From Zygnema circumcarinatum SAG 698-1b (Eukaryota; Plantae; Zygnematophyceae): a DNA stretch of 64,000 nucleotides. The DNA lies in NCBI GenBank assembly GCA_037447605.1, contig CM074817.1:682001-746000 (forward strand). The letters run 5' to 3'. Below the pieces are notes generated by a model, which had not been told where the DNA came from, ran no database searches, and saw nothing but the letters and a program-made list of their open reading frames with translations. The position numbers and the translations under genes are program-made. Positions 22,903 through 35,500 of the stretch are shown in pieces; positions within the stretch are counted from its first letter, which is position 1, and every line of letters starts with the position of its first letter.

Positions 22903-25900
22903 GCGGAGATTGGACTCAGTCGTAGGAGTGATCCTCCTTCTTGGACTTTGCTCTACCACATTCGGCCAAACATTTCAAAAGGCGATTTTGGAGCCTCCCG
23001 AGGGAGTCTACTTTGGTGTGAACATGAACAACAGTGTGCCCCTAGCAAGCTACGCCAAGGCTATTGGCATCAACCCTGCAACCTATGTCATTTTCGTGGA
23101 GATTCCATTCCGCGATGAAGATATTGCCTCCATACGATCATTTCTTGCTCAGGTAACGGGGGATTGGCTTTATGTACTGGACATAATGTGTCATAGGGAC
23201 TGCTAATTCACAATAGCACAACCAAATCCATCCATGCCTACATGCTTGTTCTACTGTGTTTGTGGAGATGGCAATCTCCAAGTGATACCTATACTTGCAT
23301 GCGCATGCAGACATCAGGCTTTCTATGCGTTCATGTACCATATGTTCATTAGAAATTTATGCTTAGAGGGATTGGACGAGGGAGAGGGAGAGGGAGAGGG
23401 AGAGGGAGAGGGAGAGGGAGAGGGAGAGTGGGAGAGGGAGAGGGAGAGGAGAGAGGAGAGGGAGAGGGAGAGGGAGAGGGAGGAGGGGAGAGGTGGAGAG
23501 GGAGAGGGAGAGGGAGAGGGAGAGGGAGAGGGAGAGGAGAGGGAGAGGGAGAGGGAGAGGAGAGAGGAGAGGAGAGGGAGAGGAGAGGGAGAGGAGAGGG
23601 AGAGGAGAGGAGAGGAGAGAGGGAGAGGGAGAGGGAGAGGGAGAGGGAGAGGAGAGGGAGAGGGAGAGGGAGAGGGAGAGGGAGAGGGAGAGGGAGAGGG
23701 AGAGGGAGGAGGGAGAGGGAGAGGGAGAGGGAGAGGAGAGGGAGAGGGAGAGGGAGAGGGAGAGGGAGAGGGAGAGGGAGAGGGAGAGGAGAGGGAGAGG
23801 GAGAGGGAGAGGGAGAGGGAGAGGGAGAGGGAGGAGGAGAGGAGAGGGAGAGGGAGAGGGAGAGGGAGAGGGAGAGGGAGAGGGAGAGGGAGAGGGAGAG
23901 GGAGGGAGAGGGAGAGGAGAGGGAGAGGGAGAGGGAGAGGGAGAGGGAGAGGGAGAGGGAGAGGGAGAGGGAGAGGGAGAGGGAGAGGGAGAGGGAGAGG
24001 GAGAGGAGAGGGAGAGGAGAGGAGAGAGGAGAGGGAGAGGGAGAGGGAGAGGAGAGGGAGAGGGAGAGGGAGAGGGAGGAGGAGAGGGAGAGGGAGAGGG
24101 AGAGGGAGAGGGAGAGGGAGAGGGAGAGGGAGAGGGAGGGAGAGGGAGAGGGAGCGGGAGAGGGAGCGGGATAGTGGAGTGAATTCGTTTGGATACACGG
24201 AACGAACTAAAGGTGAGGGCTTCCACCAGGACTCACTCTGCCCCATCCTTCTTTCTCCCCCTGCTCGCACGTGTGACAGGTGGCGCAAACGGGGGGCATG
24301 GCCATGGTGACCGTGGAGCCCTTTCTCGGCCTCGAGACGGTGACCGACAGCGTGTGCAGGGCGGTGGTGGACATTCTGCAGCAGTACGAGCTGGCAGGAG
24401 TGTCCTTCTTCATCCGCTTTGCGCATGAAATGAACGGAGCATGGTCAGCATTCCACCAGCTTAGCAAATTCATACGCCAGTTTCCTACATTTTGACACCC
24501 TAGGTTACCATTCTATAGGAGTTTGGTACTGTATTCGACAGCTTCAACCAATGACATGATGATGTTGCTGCAATCTGCTGAAACAAATCTTGACAATCTG
24601 AAACCTTGCAAACTTGAACCTTACGCTACCATTCTTTGCTTCCAGGTACCCTTGGTGCCAGCAGCCCACATTGTACAAAAAAAAGTTTCGCCTTATGGCC
24701 GAATACGTTCACAACTACACATGCAGAACAGCCATGGTTTGGGCCCCGAATAACGGCGGAGGGTATCCATTTTCTGGGGGGGAATACGAATGCCGCGGTC
24801 CAAATTCAGCATTCTACACTCCACCTGGAAACTGCGCGGACTTTCAATACTTGGACACAAACAGCGATGGGGTCCTGACCATGGCAGACGACCCTTATCA
24901 GCCGTACTATCCGGGCGATGATGTGGTCGACTGGGTTGGCCAAACAATATACCATTGGGGGCGGCAAGAGCCTTGGAAGGAAAATGAAGTTTCGGAGCCT
25001 TACGCCTTTTATGAGAAGGTAAAAGGAAACATTGAGAGTTTTGAAGTTTTGGAGGCTTAATGGTTTTTAAGGTGTAAAAAAAAAATTTAAAAAAGTTTTA
25101 ATCGTGTTCAATTCAGTCCACAACCGAGCAATTCAGATCAAAGCTCGTCTCTAATTGGACTAGAACTGACATCCATGAAACACTCCTCCCTCCCTTGCTT
25201 CTCGCAGCTCACCGGAGTTTATGATGGCGAGGATGGAGATCAGTCAGAGATTCCGGATTTCTATGCACAATATTGCGGGGATGATGTGCATATGAAACCG
25301 ATGGTTATTCCAGAAACCGCTGCTCTGTTCAATCTCAACTACACAGGGGGAGAGAAAGAATTTGATATCAAGTACGCATGGTGGACGCAGGTCAGTCTCA
25401 CAAAAAAGACTTTAGCAACTATAAACGAATCCTTACGAATGCTCAAAAAGATTGTAGCGTGATCTAAGTACGTTGATCCTCGTCTTGTTTTACAGGTATT
25501 CAACGTGCAGGGGGAGACAGCAAATGCAGTGGACATTTCTGCGAGGCTTCCTCGAATCAAAAGCATCAACTGGTTTGACCAGATGAAGCCTGAAGTACGT
25601 GCATGAGTTCAACCCAAAAGAAACTCCAATCAAGAAATACCCAAAACAAAGCCGAAAAAACAGACCGCGAACAAAGTCCGAAAGCTTCGACACCCCCACT
25701 TTAAAAACAAACCATATCTTCAATCTCAGACCTTTAAAAAGCCCTAAAAAATGTGACCTTCTTGCAGAGACATTTTCCAAGTTAATGACGAAATGACTGA
25801 CCCCCCCACCATCTGCAGCGTCCCCTGTTCTCGCTGCACTTTCTGACGATCGTTTCATAATCTCCGCAGTCGCAAATCGGCGGGCAAATCGCCGACTGGA

Positions 25901-28900
25901 CGTTTTCGAACAACCCCATCGTTCGCGCAGCGTTCGTTCAGCACCTGCAGGTGATCCCCCGCCCCCACCTCTGCCATGCCATGCCATGCCATCACCATGC
26001 GCATGGCATGTGGCGATGATGTATGCGCGTATGTGTGGATGGCGCATGGCATGGGCATGCGGCCATGCGCGATGGATGGCATCATGACCATCGCGATGAG
26101 GTCATGCCGGCGCGCTGCTAGTTGTTGGCGCGCGGGAGGGAGAGAGGGAATTGCTGTAGCGAGAGGGCGAGAGGGCGAGAGAGAGACGGAGTCTTATTAG
26201 GATGAGAGCGAGAGAGATAGAGGCGTATGATGCGGCGCTTGACGGAGAACTCAGAGGAGACAGAGAGGCAATGGAGAGCGTGGGAGGGCGGTGGAATGGA
26301 CGAGACATGCAGGAATATGCATGCGACGATGGGAAGAGCGGGCGGGGATTACAGAGGGAGAGAGAGAAAGAGAGGGACAGAGAGGGAGGGGGTAGAGAAG
26401 GACATCAATGCCTGCACGAGAGTGAGGAGCTCGCTCATCATCCTTAGAACATTTGCTTGGAAGGATTGGCCAGAAAAAAACAGGAACTAAGTGCTGGACT
26501 TTCCTGCTCTATGCTGCACTTTCTTTCTTCTCCCTCTTTCCTTCTCTCTCGAGCAGAGACAATCGTCAAGTGGGACGAAGTATTGGAAGTTTTTGGAAGA
26601 CCTGCATTGGGATGAAGACCTTGTCGACCCCTCGGGCGCTCTCCAACACATCATTCTCTACCGCGGTAAACTAAGAATTGTTCGAGCTGAAAAGTACTTA
26701 TACCTGCATGATATTGGTGGAAATATTTCATACTCTGGCTAGCTGAAGTTTTTGAAAAATTTAAAGTACACTTCATTCGACTATGCATGTCGTCTCGTTT
26801 CATTCTGTAAGAATCATGCTTTGATGAGATGAGGTCGTGGGTTGGGCTTTCAAATTGCAAGGTTTTGAGGCTTTCAATATTTAAGTTCTTGGAGAGTTTT
26901 TAAGGACGAGTCAGCAATTATAGACTTTGAATGGTTCTACCAGGAGGTTTACGTTTAGCCGGCCTTTTAAATTATGTGAGACTTATGCGGTTTTGGCTTT
27001 AAGCTTGCAATGCGTGCCAGGGATTTTAGAAATATAAAGCTTCTGAAGTTTTGACCTTTTTAGAGCTCGAGTATTTTGGATTTTACACCTAGGTAGTCTG
27101 ATTCCAAGGCTGAACTTTTTTTATTTTTCTGCAGCTAGATTCTGATCCTTTATCGGGTTTTACAATGTGCTTATAATCGTAATCATTGTCGTTTTAAAAA
27201 CTAGCTTTGTTCCTGTATGCAGGAAAAGATACAATTTCTGTCCGTGTCCAAGGACCAACGACTGCGAGCGTCATTGGAGTAGACCTTTTCAGGTACAATC
27301 CTCAATCTTTTTTTCTTTAATCTTTAGAACGGGGTTATTTTTGGAATTATTTGTGAAGTTTCTCCAACGTGATCCGACATTTTGTGCCTCCTATTTTCTG
27401 TCCTGCGACTTGTCTGTTGCAGTATCGATGGCGATTACCACACGGTGATAGAAAAGGTCGGAGCCGGACACGTTACTGTGAACAGCAGTACAGAACTGCA
27501 AGTTGTGAACATAGAACTGGTGTATAACAGAACCGTAAAGTGGACCCAAGGGACGCTTTACTACAGCACATGGATACGACCGATCAGCGGAAATCCTTAT
27601 AACAGGTATTTGCAATGAGTCTATTGAGAACAGAGAAGTAGAGAGGGAGGGAGATAGAGAGAGACGGCGGGTGATCTCTAGAGTAAGTGACAGCGAGGAA
27701 GGAAGGACGAGGGAGGGGGGACGGAAGAGAGATCCTTTACCGCCATACGTAGACTTTTCATGTTCTGCGGTTTCTAGAATATGCATGAAATTAACCTATA
27801 CAATGCGATGTACGCTGCGGTTTGTTGTGCAGATCAGACGAGTGCGCTGTGCGTTCACCATTCTATGGCGTGTACGCGGAGGCGGGTTCCATATTCATGG
27901 TGCACGGACTGGTGGCAGTCATGTTGGGGTGGGAAACCCTGGCAGTGTGTTTAGCGGCACTCCTCTTCCTCTCTCTCGCCGTTTTCTTCATCCGCCAGCT
28001 GCGCTTCTACCCCCGCATGAGTGACGTCACCGCTGGAGCGTTCCGATATGCAGCAACACAGGTAAGCTCTGCCTTGGTTGGAAGAATGAAAATGTTAAGA
28101 CTTTGAGGTTTGCATGCTAATCTTACCCCAAAATTACCCGAAATGTGAAGAGTCAAAGGCCCCTAAACACTTCAACATGCTCAAGACTCTTATCCGTTTT
28201 TGCTCCCTCTCCTTCTCTCTCTCCCACTGCGCTCCTCATCTCTGCGTGACGCAATGTTCAGGGCAACATTGCGGTGCTGGAAGCGATTTCAAAGAAGAGA
28301 AATTTTAATGTGGACTGCCATGTGGGGGGCTTCACAGCTCTCCACGCAGCCTGCATTCAAGGACAGGTGTGCCACAAACCCAAACCTTCAAAATCTCAAA
28401 CTCCAAAAACCTCAGGCCCAAGAAGGCTCTAAAAAACCAAAGAAAATTGACTCCAGACGTCCCCCCTCCCCCCTCTTTCTTGTTCTTTCCTTTTCCTTTA
28501 TTCCGCCTCGTCTTCATTTTCTGCAGGAGGAAGTTGTGGAATGGCTTCTTGAAAGGGGTGCTTCAGTTCACAAAGTAAAAAATGATGACTGGATGGACAC
28601 TCCTCTCCACTATGCAGCTGCCAACGGACATAGAAAAGTTGCCCAAGTCCTCCTCTCGCACGGAGCAGACCCCCAAAGAAAAAATTATCAAGACTGTATT
28701 CCTTCAGAACTCGCCGCAATGTCCGGTTATAAAGACCTCGCCACCTTTCTTTTAACAGCAGAAAAAGTGGAACCCCCGGCAAAGGAAACGGTTTCTAAGT
28801 TTTCAACCAAATTTTCAATATTTAGGTCAAGGAAAAGCGTCCCAAACCCGGAACTGACGGAACGAGAACGGAACGGAACCGGTGGCGCAAGCATGGAAAG

Positions 28901-29252
28901 AGGGAGATCATTGAAATCTGGATGTCAAGTGAATGACTATGATGCTGCAAATGCCTCCCATGCTGGAGAAGCAGATCAAAGTGCAGACGGAAATTTTGCG
29001 GAAGAAGTTTCACAATTGCAAAGTGTTCTGCATCAGTTTAAGGCAGCAGCTGCCACTTCGAGCGGAAACCAATCGGAAGGTTTGGACATGCGAAAATTAA
29101 ACCTAATTGAGCCAATGCCTGTTTTGTCGGAAGAGGGCATTTCAAACGGAGCGGCACCAAGCCCCACTTCTGGGCTTTCTTCTCCTCACGATTTCCTCGC
29201 AAAAAAGGTGCTGAGTTTTGACTCTTTGTTTGGGAAGAATAGGTATAAATGA
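22903..29252 (+). CDS. GH26 glycoside hydrolase + beta-rich linker + transmembrane segment + ankyrin repeats (5' end uncertain; possibly continues into the GT2 gene)
   Basis: Signal-like VVGVILLLGLCSTTFG. GH26 motifs IRFAHEMNGAW|YPW (acid/base Glu), VWAPN.G.GYPF, DPYQPYYPGDDVVDWVG, KPMVIPETAA (nucleophile Glu), KSINWFD..PE|SQIGGQIADWTF. Phase-consistent exons continue to the TM LAVCLAALLFLSLAVFFI and ankyrin repeats GFTALHAACIQGQ|EEVVEWLLERGA..DTPLHYAAANGHRKVAQVLLSHGAD. Confidence 0.82.
23378..24168 (+). repeat. About 790-bp nearly pure-purine (GAGGGA/GAGAG)n microsatellite in a GH26 intron
   Basis: Read directly; it generates the ERERE/GRGRG/PSPSP pseudo-ORFs at 23234-24426. Confidence 0.97.
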
Positions 29253-29501
29253 GCTTTATATGACACAGCTTGAATTCTTTGTCATACTAACCCATTCTTC
29301 GTCTTATTGAACCTGAATGCTTTTTACCTTTATGGATTTGTTGAATAGCAGAAAGATAGTCTTTCAACCTTCAAGCACCTTTTGCAGGTGCAAGTGGGTC
29401 TTTAGGGCTTTCGCATGATGTGTTTCATAAAATTTAGAAGGCAACCAGGAATTGGGGATTAGGGAGTTATATTGAACTCGTTTCAAGTGGATGAAAAGCA
29501 G

Positions 29502-32500
29502 ATGAAACCTCAGGAGGTCGAAGAATACATTTCGAGGGGATTTGACGGAGCCGGAACTCCTGGAACACAGTTAAAGCCGGGGACACGGCTATGGCGATTT
29601 TTTGCAGTCGTCTGCCAAGTAAGTCTGTCTGTCTGTCTGTAAGTTTTATTAGCTGGGATAGTTTGAGATTTGTGAATGTTGGTATGTTTGATTTTTACAG
29701 GTTAGGGCAGGTTGTTGAACTAATTCTTGGGCATGCACTAATGTGTGCATTTAGAGGCGGCTTTCCGGGTTTCGGAGACCGTTAGGGTTTGCTAGGCGAG
29801 CTCTTTCTCGCTTTTTTCGTTCCTCTCTATTTCTCTCTTACCCTTCCCTTTTAATTTTGTAAAATGATATCCGGCGGCTCATGCAGGGGACGGGTTTGAT
29901 CTACTTTGCATGGCGGGCCGTTCGGAGCTTCAACGACAGCCAAGTGTGGCTGAGCGTAATCTTCTTCGTCTGCGAATTTGTCACTTTTGTGCCGTCCTTC
30001 TTCTTTTGCATGGAGGTATCTCTCCGTCTTTCTCTCTGTCTCTCTCACTCTCGCTCTCTATCTTTCTCCTTGCCTTTATTTTGAACAAACTTGTTCATTA
30101 AGTTTTTGTGGAGGGGGGGAGTGTGGAAGGGGGAGAGAAGGGAGGCGAGGAGGAGCTGGGGAGGGGAGAGTGCCATGGAGGAGGAAGGGTGGGAGGGGGA
30201 GGGCGAGAGGGAGGGAGGGAAGGAGAGGGAGAGAACAAGGTCCAGTTTGTTATTAATTGAATTTTCACCTGAATTTATTTATCATTTTTATTACGGCCTT
30301 ATTTGGTTGTGTATATTATTTTCGTTTCTGCCTGAACGATCATCTCCACGCAAGGTCTATATGCAAGTCATTCGTCTTACCATTTCCCTAAAACATCAAT
30401 CAACCTTAGGGCTTTTCATGTCCTACCCACTAAATGCTTTCTTTAAAGATTTTTCTTATTGAAACCATATTCTCCCTGCGATGATCATCCATTGGGCTTG
30501 TCCATTGGCATGTCCCAGGTTTGGTCGCCGATTGAGAGAGAAAAGCGGCTCCTTTCAACGATGGATCTAAGGCCGGAGGACTATCCGAGTGTGGACATTT
30601 ACGTCGTCTGCTACAACGAGCCGGTGGATATCATTGAAGCGACTGTTTGTGCAGCCCTTAATTTGAAGTAAAGTTCCTCACAGTTGCTCCCAAGTCCCCC
30701 TAAAGAGCTCGACACCTCTTAAACTTAACAAAATCTGAAAGCCTTAGCCATATAATCTCCAATTTTGAAGCTTTGAAATCCTTGCAAATCCTAAAACCCT
30801 TGGAAAGCCGACAACCCTAGAAACGGCATTCATTTGCTCGCTCCCCATCTCGCCCCTCTAGTTTCTCCCTTTCTTTTTTTGTCTCCCCTCTTTTCTCTCT
30901 CCTCCTGATTGATCCATGTGGACTTTGCACGCAATCTGGGTTGTGTGCAGATACCCAGCAAACAAGCTTGTGGTGTATGTCCTGGACGATGGGAGGCGGG
31001 AGGAGGTGAAGGCGATGTGCCACAAGTTGGAGTTCCAAGGCCGCCTCCTCTCACGAAAGGGGAGGGGGAGAGGGAGAGGGAGGGAGCAGGCGCAGCTCGT
31101 CTACACCACGCGTACTAAGGTTAGCCTCTTCTCTTACCTCGCAACCCCTTGAACGTGCGAACCTCATCGCATGTCGCACTCTCTCGTTTCCTTTCTCCCT
31201 GTTCCATCTAAAAGCTCTTCTAACTGAAACTCTAATGCGTCCTCCTTCCCTCCCTCGACCCACTCCCTTTCCCCCTCGACCTCGTGTCCCTCTTCCCTCC
31301 TCCCTCCATACCCAGAACCCTAAGGGCTTGCTGAAAACTCTGTTCCCTGAACCTGCTGTAAAGCCTGCGCTTCTGTAGGTTGCCTGTTGATTCTTGAGCC
31401 TTCAACTCTCCGATCGCTGAACCCCAGACTCTAGAAGCCTCTGCATTATGAACCTTGAACCCTGAACCTGAACCTTTAACCTTCGCACCTGGAACCCTAA
31501 CTTCTGAACCCTAGACCGAACCCCCAACCCCTACCGCCAACCCCTTACACTCAAATCCCAACACCCCAAACCCGAAACTCCTTCCCCCTTCTCCCAATCC
31601 CCTACACCCTCCCCTCTTAACCCCACCTTCTCAATCCCTACACCCTACTTCCTTACCCCCTTGACCCCGTTCCCCCTCTTCCCTCCCCCTCCCCCCCTCC
31701 CTCCCCCCCTCCCTCCCCCTTAGACCATGGACCATGGAGCCTAGAGCCTTAACGCTAGAGTCTAGGATATAGAGGTCAGCCCTCCCCTCTGAGCCTTCTG
31801 CTGTGCCCCACCCCGGCAGGTGAAGGGCGTGGCGCACCACGCAAAGGCGGGCAACATCAACAGCGCTCTGCTCAAGGGGGCGCGGCGAGGGGGCGCGTTT
31901 GTGGCCGTACTCGACTGCGACATGATCGCACAGCCCGAATTCCTGCAAGCCGCGCTGCCGCACTTTTTCCGGAAGGGGAGAGAGGGGGGAGAGGGAGGGG
32001 AGGGAGGGGAGGGAGGGGGATGGCGGCTCAAGCCCAAGGCAGCCTTCCTGCAGAGTCCCCAGGTGATGACTCAAAACACTGATTTTGGTTTACAGCATTG
32101 GGATTTGGGGGAACCCTAAATGCGCTACGGAATTCTAAAGGTTTGACTGCTCTACGGCTTTCGAAACTCATACAGACCTTACAACTCTGCAACCCTAAAC
32201 GTCTGACGATGTCAAAACCTAAAATTGACCGTAAGCACGGTGAATTAAAGGCAACTCTGAGAACTTGGAAAGCAGCTTCCTACCTGCTTTTTGTAGTTGT
32301 CTGGACCCTCATTAACGCTCAAAATATTTGCAAAACAGGACTTCTACAACGTTGAGAAGAGCGACCCCATGGGACATAGAGCTGCGTTCTTTTACGGTCC
32401 CATGATGCAAGGCCGCGACGGACTGGGAGCGTGTCCATGTGTTGGAACTGGAGTCATTTTCCGTAGAGACGCTCTCATCTCCATTGGAGGACAAGCGTAC

Positions 32501-35500
32501 GGCTCCATCACGGAAGATTACAATTCTGCAATGGCCCTCATGGGGGCAGGTGAGGGCGCTTTGTTTTTTTCTTTTTGACCCGTTGAAATTATGAAACTAT
32601 GGGTTTTGAGGAGTGGCAGGTTTTTGTTTAGTGAAGGTTTTGTTAAGGAAAGCACAAATTGGGACGAACCATGCAGGGTTTTCCTCCATGTATTTGAATG
32701 TGAGACTCATTTACGGGCTTGCTCCGGACGATATCGACTCGGTGCTTAAGCAGCGATTGCGCTGGGCGATGGGCTCTCTGCAGGTGAGAGAGAGAAAGAT
32801 GGACAAAGGAGGGGGAGAGAGGAAAGGGTGAGAGAGTATGATGGTAAGAGAGCGAAACAGACAGACTGACAGAGCGACTCCCCTCCGGAATTATGACTTG
32901 CTCAGAGATTTCAGGGAGTTGAGAGCTGTATGTGTCAAGAAATTGCAAAATTATGTTTGGAAGTTTTGATGTCCAGATTCTAATCTTGGGGCCTTGATTT
33001 CTAGATTCTTTGTCGGGACAACCCGCTGCTGAAGCCCGGCCTCACTTTTGCACAGTCTCTACTTTTCTTCCAGTCAGCTTTTCAGGTGTGCTTGAAGCCT
33101 ACCCAAATGCGCAACCCAAAACTTTATGAACCTAAAGCCCCTAATACCAATGGCAATCTTATGGCGTGATGACGTTAGAAACCCTTCATCTGTATACTTA
33201 TTCAGCTTATTCAGCCCTTGAAGGCTTTGCGATTCTATGATGCAAACCCTAAACTCTAACACACTTATAGAGGTTCCATGTAAGGCCAAAACAACTGAAC
33301 TTCCTAAAGCAGTAACTATGCGTTTTTTAAAGTGCCACTAACCACCTAAAGTTGCTTTCTTTGCTTCGGACAGCTCCTTGTTTGATCTGGTTAGCTACTT
33401 TGGAGAGGTCTTGAAAGGTTTTGGAGGATCTTACGGTTGAGGATTTTGATTCTTTTATTTCCGGCCCGTGAAATGCAGTATGTGTTGGCCATACCGACAA
33501 TTCTGATGGCTCTTGTGCCAATCATTTACCTCTTTTTCTCCATACCCCCTATTTACGCCCCAATTTACGAGTTTTGCGCGTTTTTCTTCGCTTACTATGC
33601 GGCGAATCGATTAATGCTGTTCCACGCACACCGCGGAATACCAAATAAGGTTCAAATCGCAATCTGAACCCTATCTGGCTTGTTAATGGGAGCGAGAGGG
33701 GGGTGGAGGGAGAGGGAAGCGATTCGCTGAAGGAAGGAGAGGACAAGAAAGGGAGAGGAGCAAGAGAAAATTGGGGGGGGGGGGGGGGGGGGGGGGGGNN
33801 NNNNNNNNCGCGGGAGAGAGAGAGTTAGAGATAGAGATAGAGAGAGGAGGGTGGGGGAGGGAGGGGGAAGGGGCTAGAGGAGGGAGAAAAGGACGATGTG
33901 AGAATGATACGGTTGTTGGAGAGGGGGAGGAGGTAGGCTGTGGGTTAACTTGACTAGGCTTGACTGGACGTGACTTTACTGAACTTTGACCTGATTATAT
34001 ATCTCTGTCCAGGGTTTGGAAATGTGGAGAGGGTCCCAAATGTGGCTGTGGAATGCCCCCAACAATGTGTTGGCGTGCTGGAAAGTTTTCACCACCGAGT
34101 TTTGGATTTTCCGACTGCTGGGATTCGGCAAGGTCAGTCCAAACTACTATTTAAAGAAAATCAAAGAGAATTTACTGAAATTGGAAGTATGGAGCGGAAG
34201 TAAAACTTGAGTTGTACAACTTTAGACTTTCAAACTCTTAAAATCGGTTCTTCCTTTGCATATATTGTAAAAAACATTGATACGCTAAGAGCCATGAACC
34301 TTTCTTACTAATCCATTTGGATGTTATCGCAGATTGGATTTACTGTCACGAGCAAAGAGAAGCAGAACGATTGGAAGAAGGCGTTTCTATGTGTTTGGAT
34401 GTTCCTTTTGTACTATGCGGCGGTGATGGGTGGAGTGGCGTACAATATCGTCTATATCGTGAGGGGCGACCTCGACCAATACCAAGTTGCATCGCAGGTA
34501 TCGTCAAGATGTCTCTCTCTCTCTCTCCGTCTTTCTACTCCTTCCTGCCTACCCTTTCTCTCTCCCCTTCTCGCTTTTGTTTGCTCTCCCTAACTCTCTT
34601 TCTTTTCCCTCCCCCTTCTCTCCACCCTGCCTCCTCCCTTTTCACATCTCTCTCTCTCTGCCCCCTCGCCACTGTCATTTTCCGCACTTATCCTTCCCTC
34701 CGCTTTCCTCCCTCTCCCTCGTTTTCTCTCAACCCTTTTCCTCTATTGTCGTCAATCCCTCTCTCCCTCGCCCCTCCATCTCTCCCTTTCTATCTCTCTC
34801 TCTACCTCCGAATCTCTCTATTTTGCTCTCCCTTCTCTCTCTCTCAATCTCTCCTTCTCTTTCCATCTACCATCATCCATCCATCCATCTATCCATCTAC
34901 CTCCTCTTCCTCTCCCTCTCCCCCCCTCTCAACCTCTCCCTCTCTTTCTTGCTCCCCCTCTTTCTCCATCTCTCCCTTTTCTCTCCCCTCTTTTCCCAAA
35001 ACCTCTCCTCCTCTCTCGCCCCCTCCCTCCCCCTCTCTCTCCCTCCCTCACCCTCTCTCCCTCTCCCTCCCTCCTCTCTCCCTCCCTCTCTCTCCGCGTG
35101 CAGGCGGTGGCCCTTGCGTGGGGCCTCCTTGTGTGTCTAATGCTGCTCCCCCCTGTGGCGGTAGCCTTCCCCCTTTGGCGGCGGCCCCGCCCGGGCCGCG
35201 TCCTCTGGGAGGAGAGCCTCTCGCAGGGCGTGCCCACCCCCGCCCGCCAACCCTCGGGTGGGCTTCTAAAACCCTAAACCCCCTGCATCGTTACAATTTC
35301 AAACCCTTTGAAGTTTGGCCTGAAAAACCTCTATCCCCTTTCCCCCCGCCCCCCCTCCCTCCTCCCTCCCCTGTAAAGGTCCTGAAGCTCTAAAAACTTG
35401 AAGGCATACACAGCTCATTTCTTTTTGGGGGGTAGCAGCATTCATGCGCTCTGTCACGTCACCTCTCGCTCGGGTTGGTAATCGCCTTCGCCGAGTTGCT

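Noticed and set aside
23234-24426. Long ORFs (229-367 aa) rich in ER/GR/PS/LS
   Set aside because: Translations of the (GAGGGA)n intronic microsatellite, which has no stops. The same applies to ORFs at 34317-35393, 39748-40352, 44156-45035 and 61674-62349.
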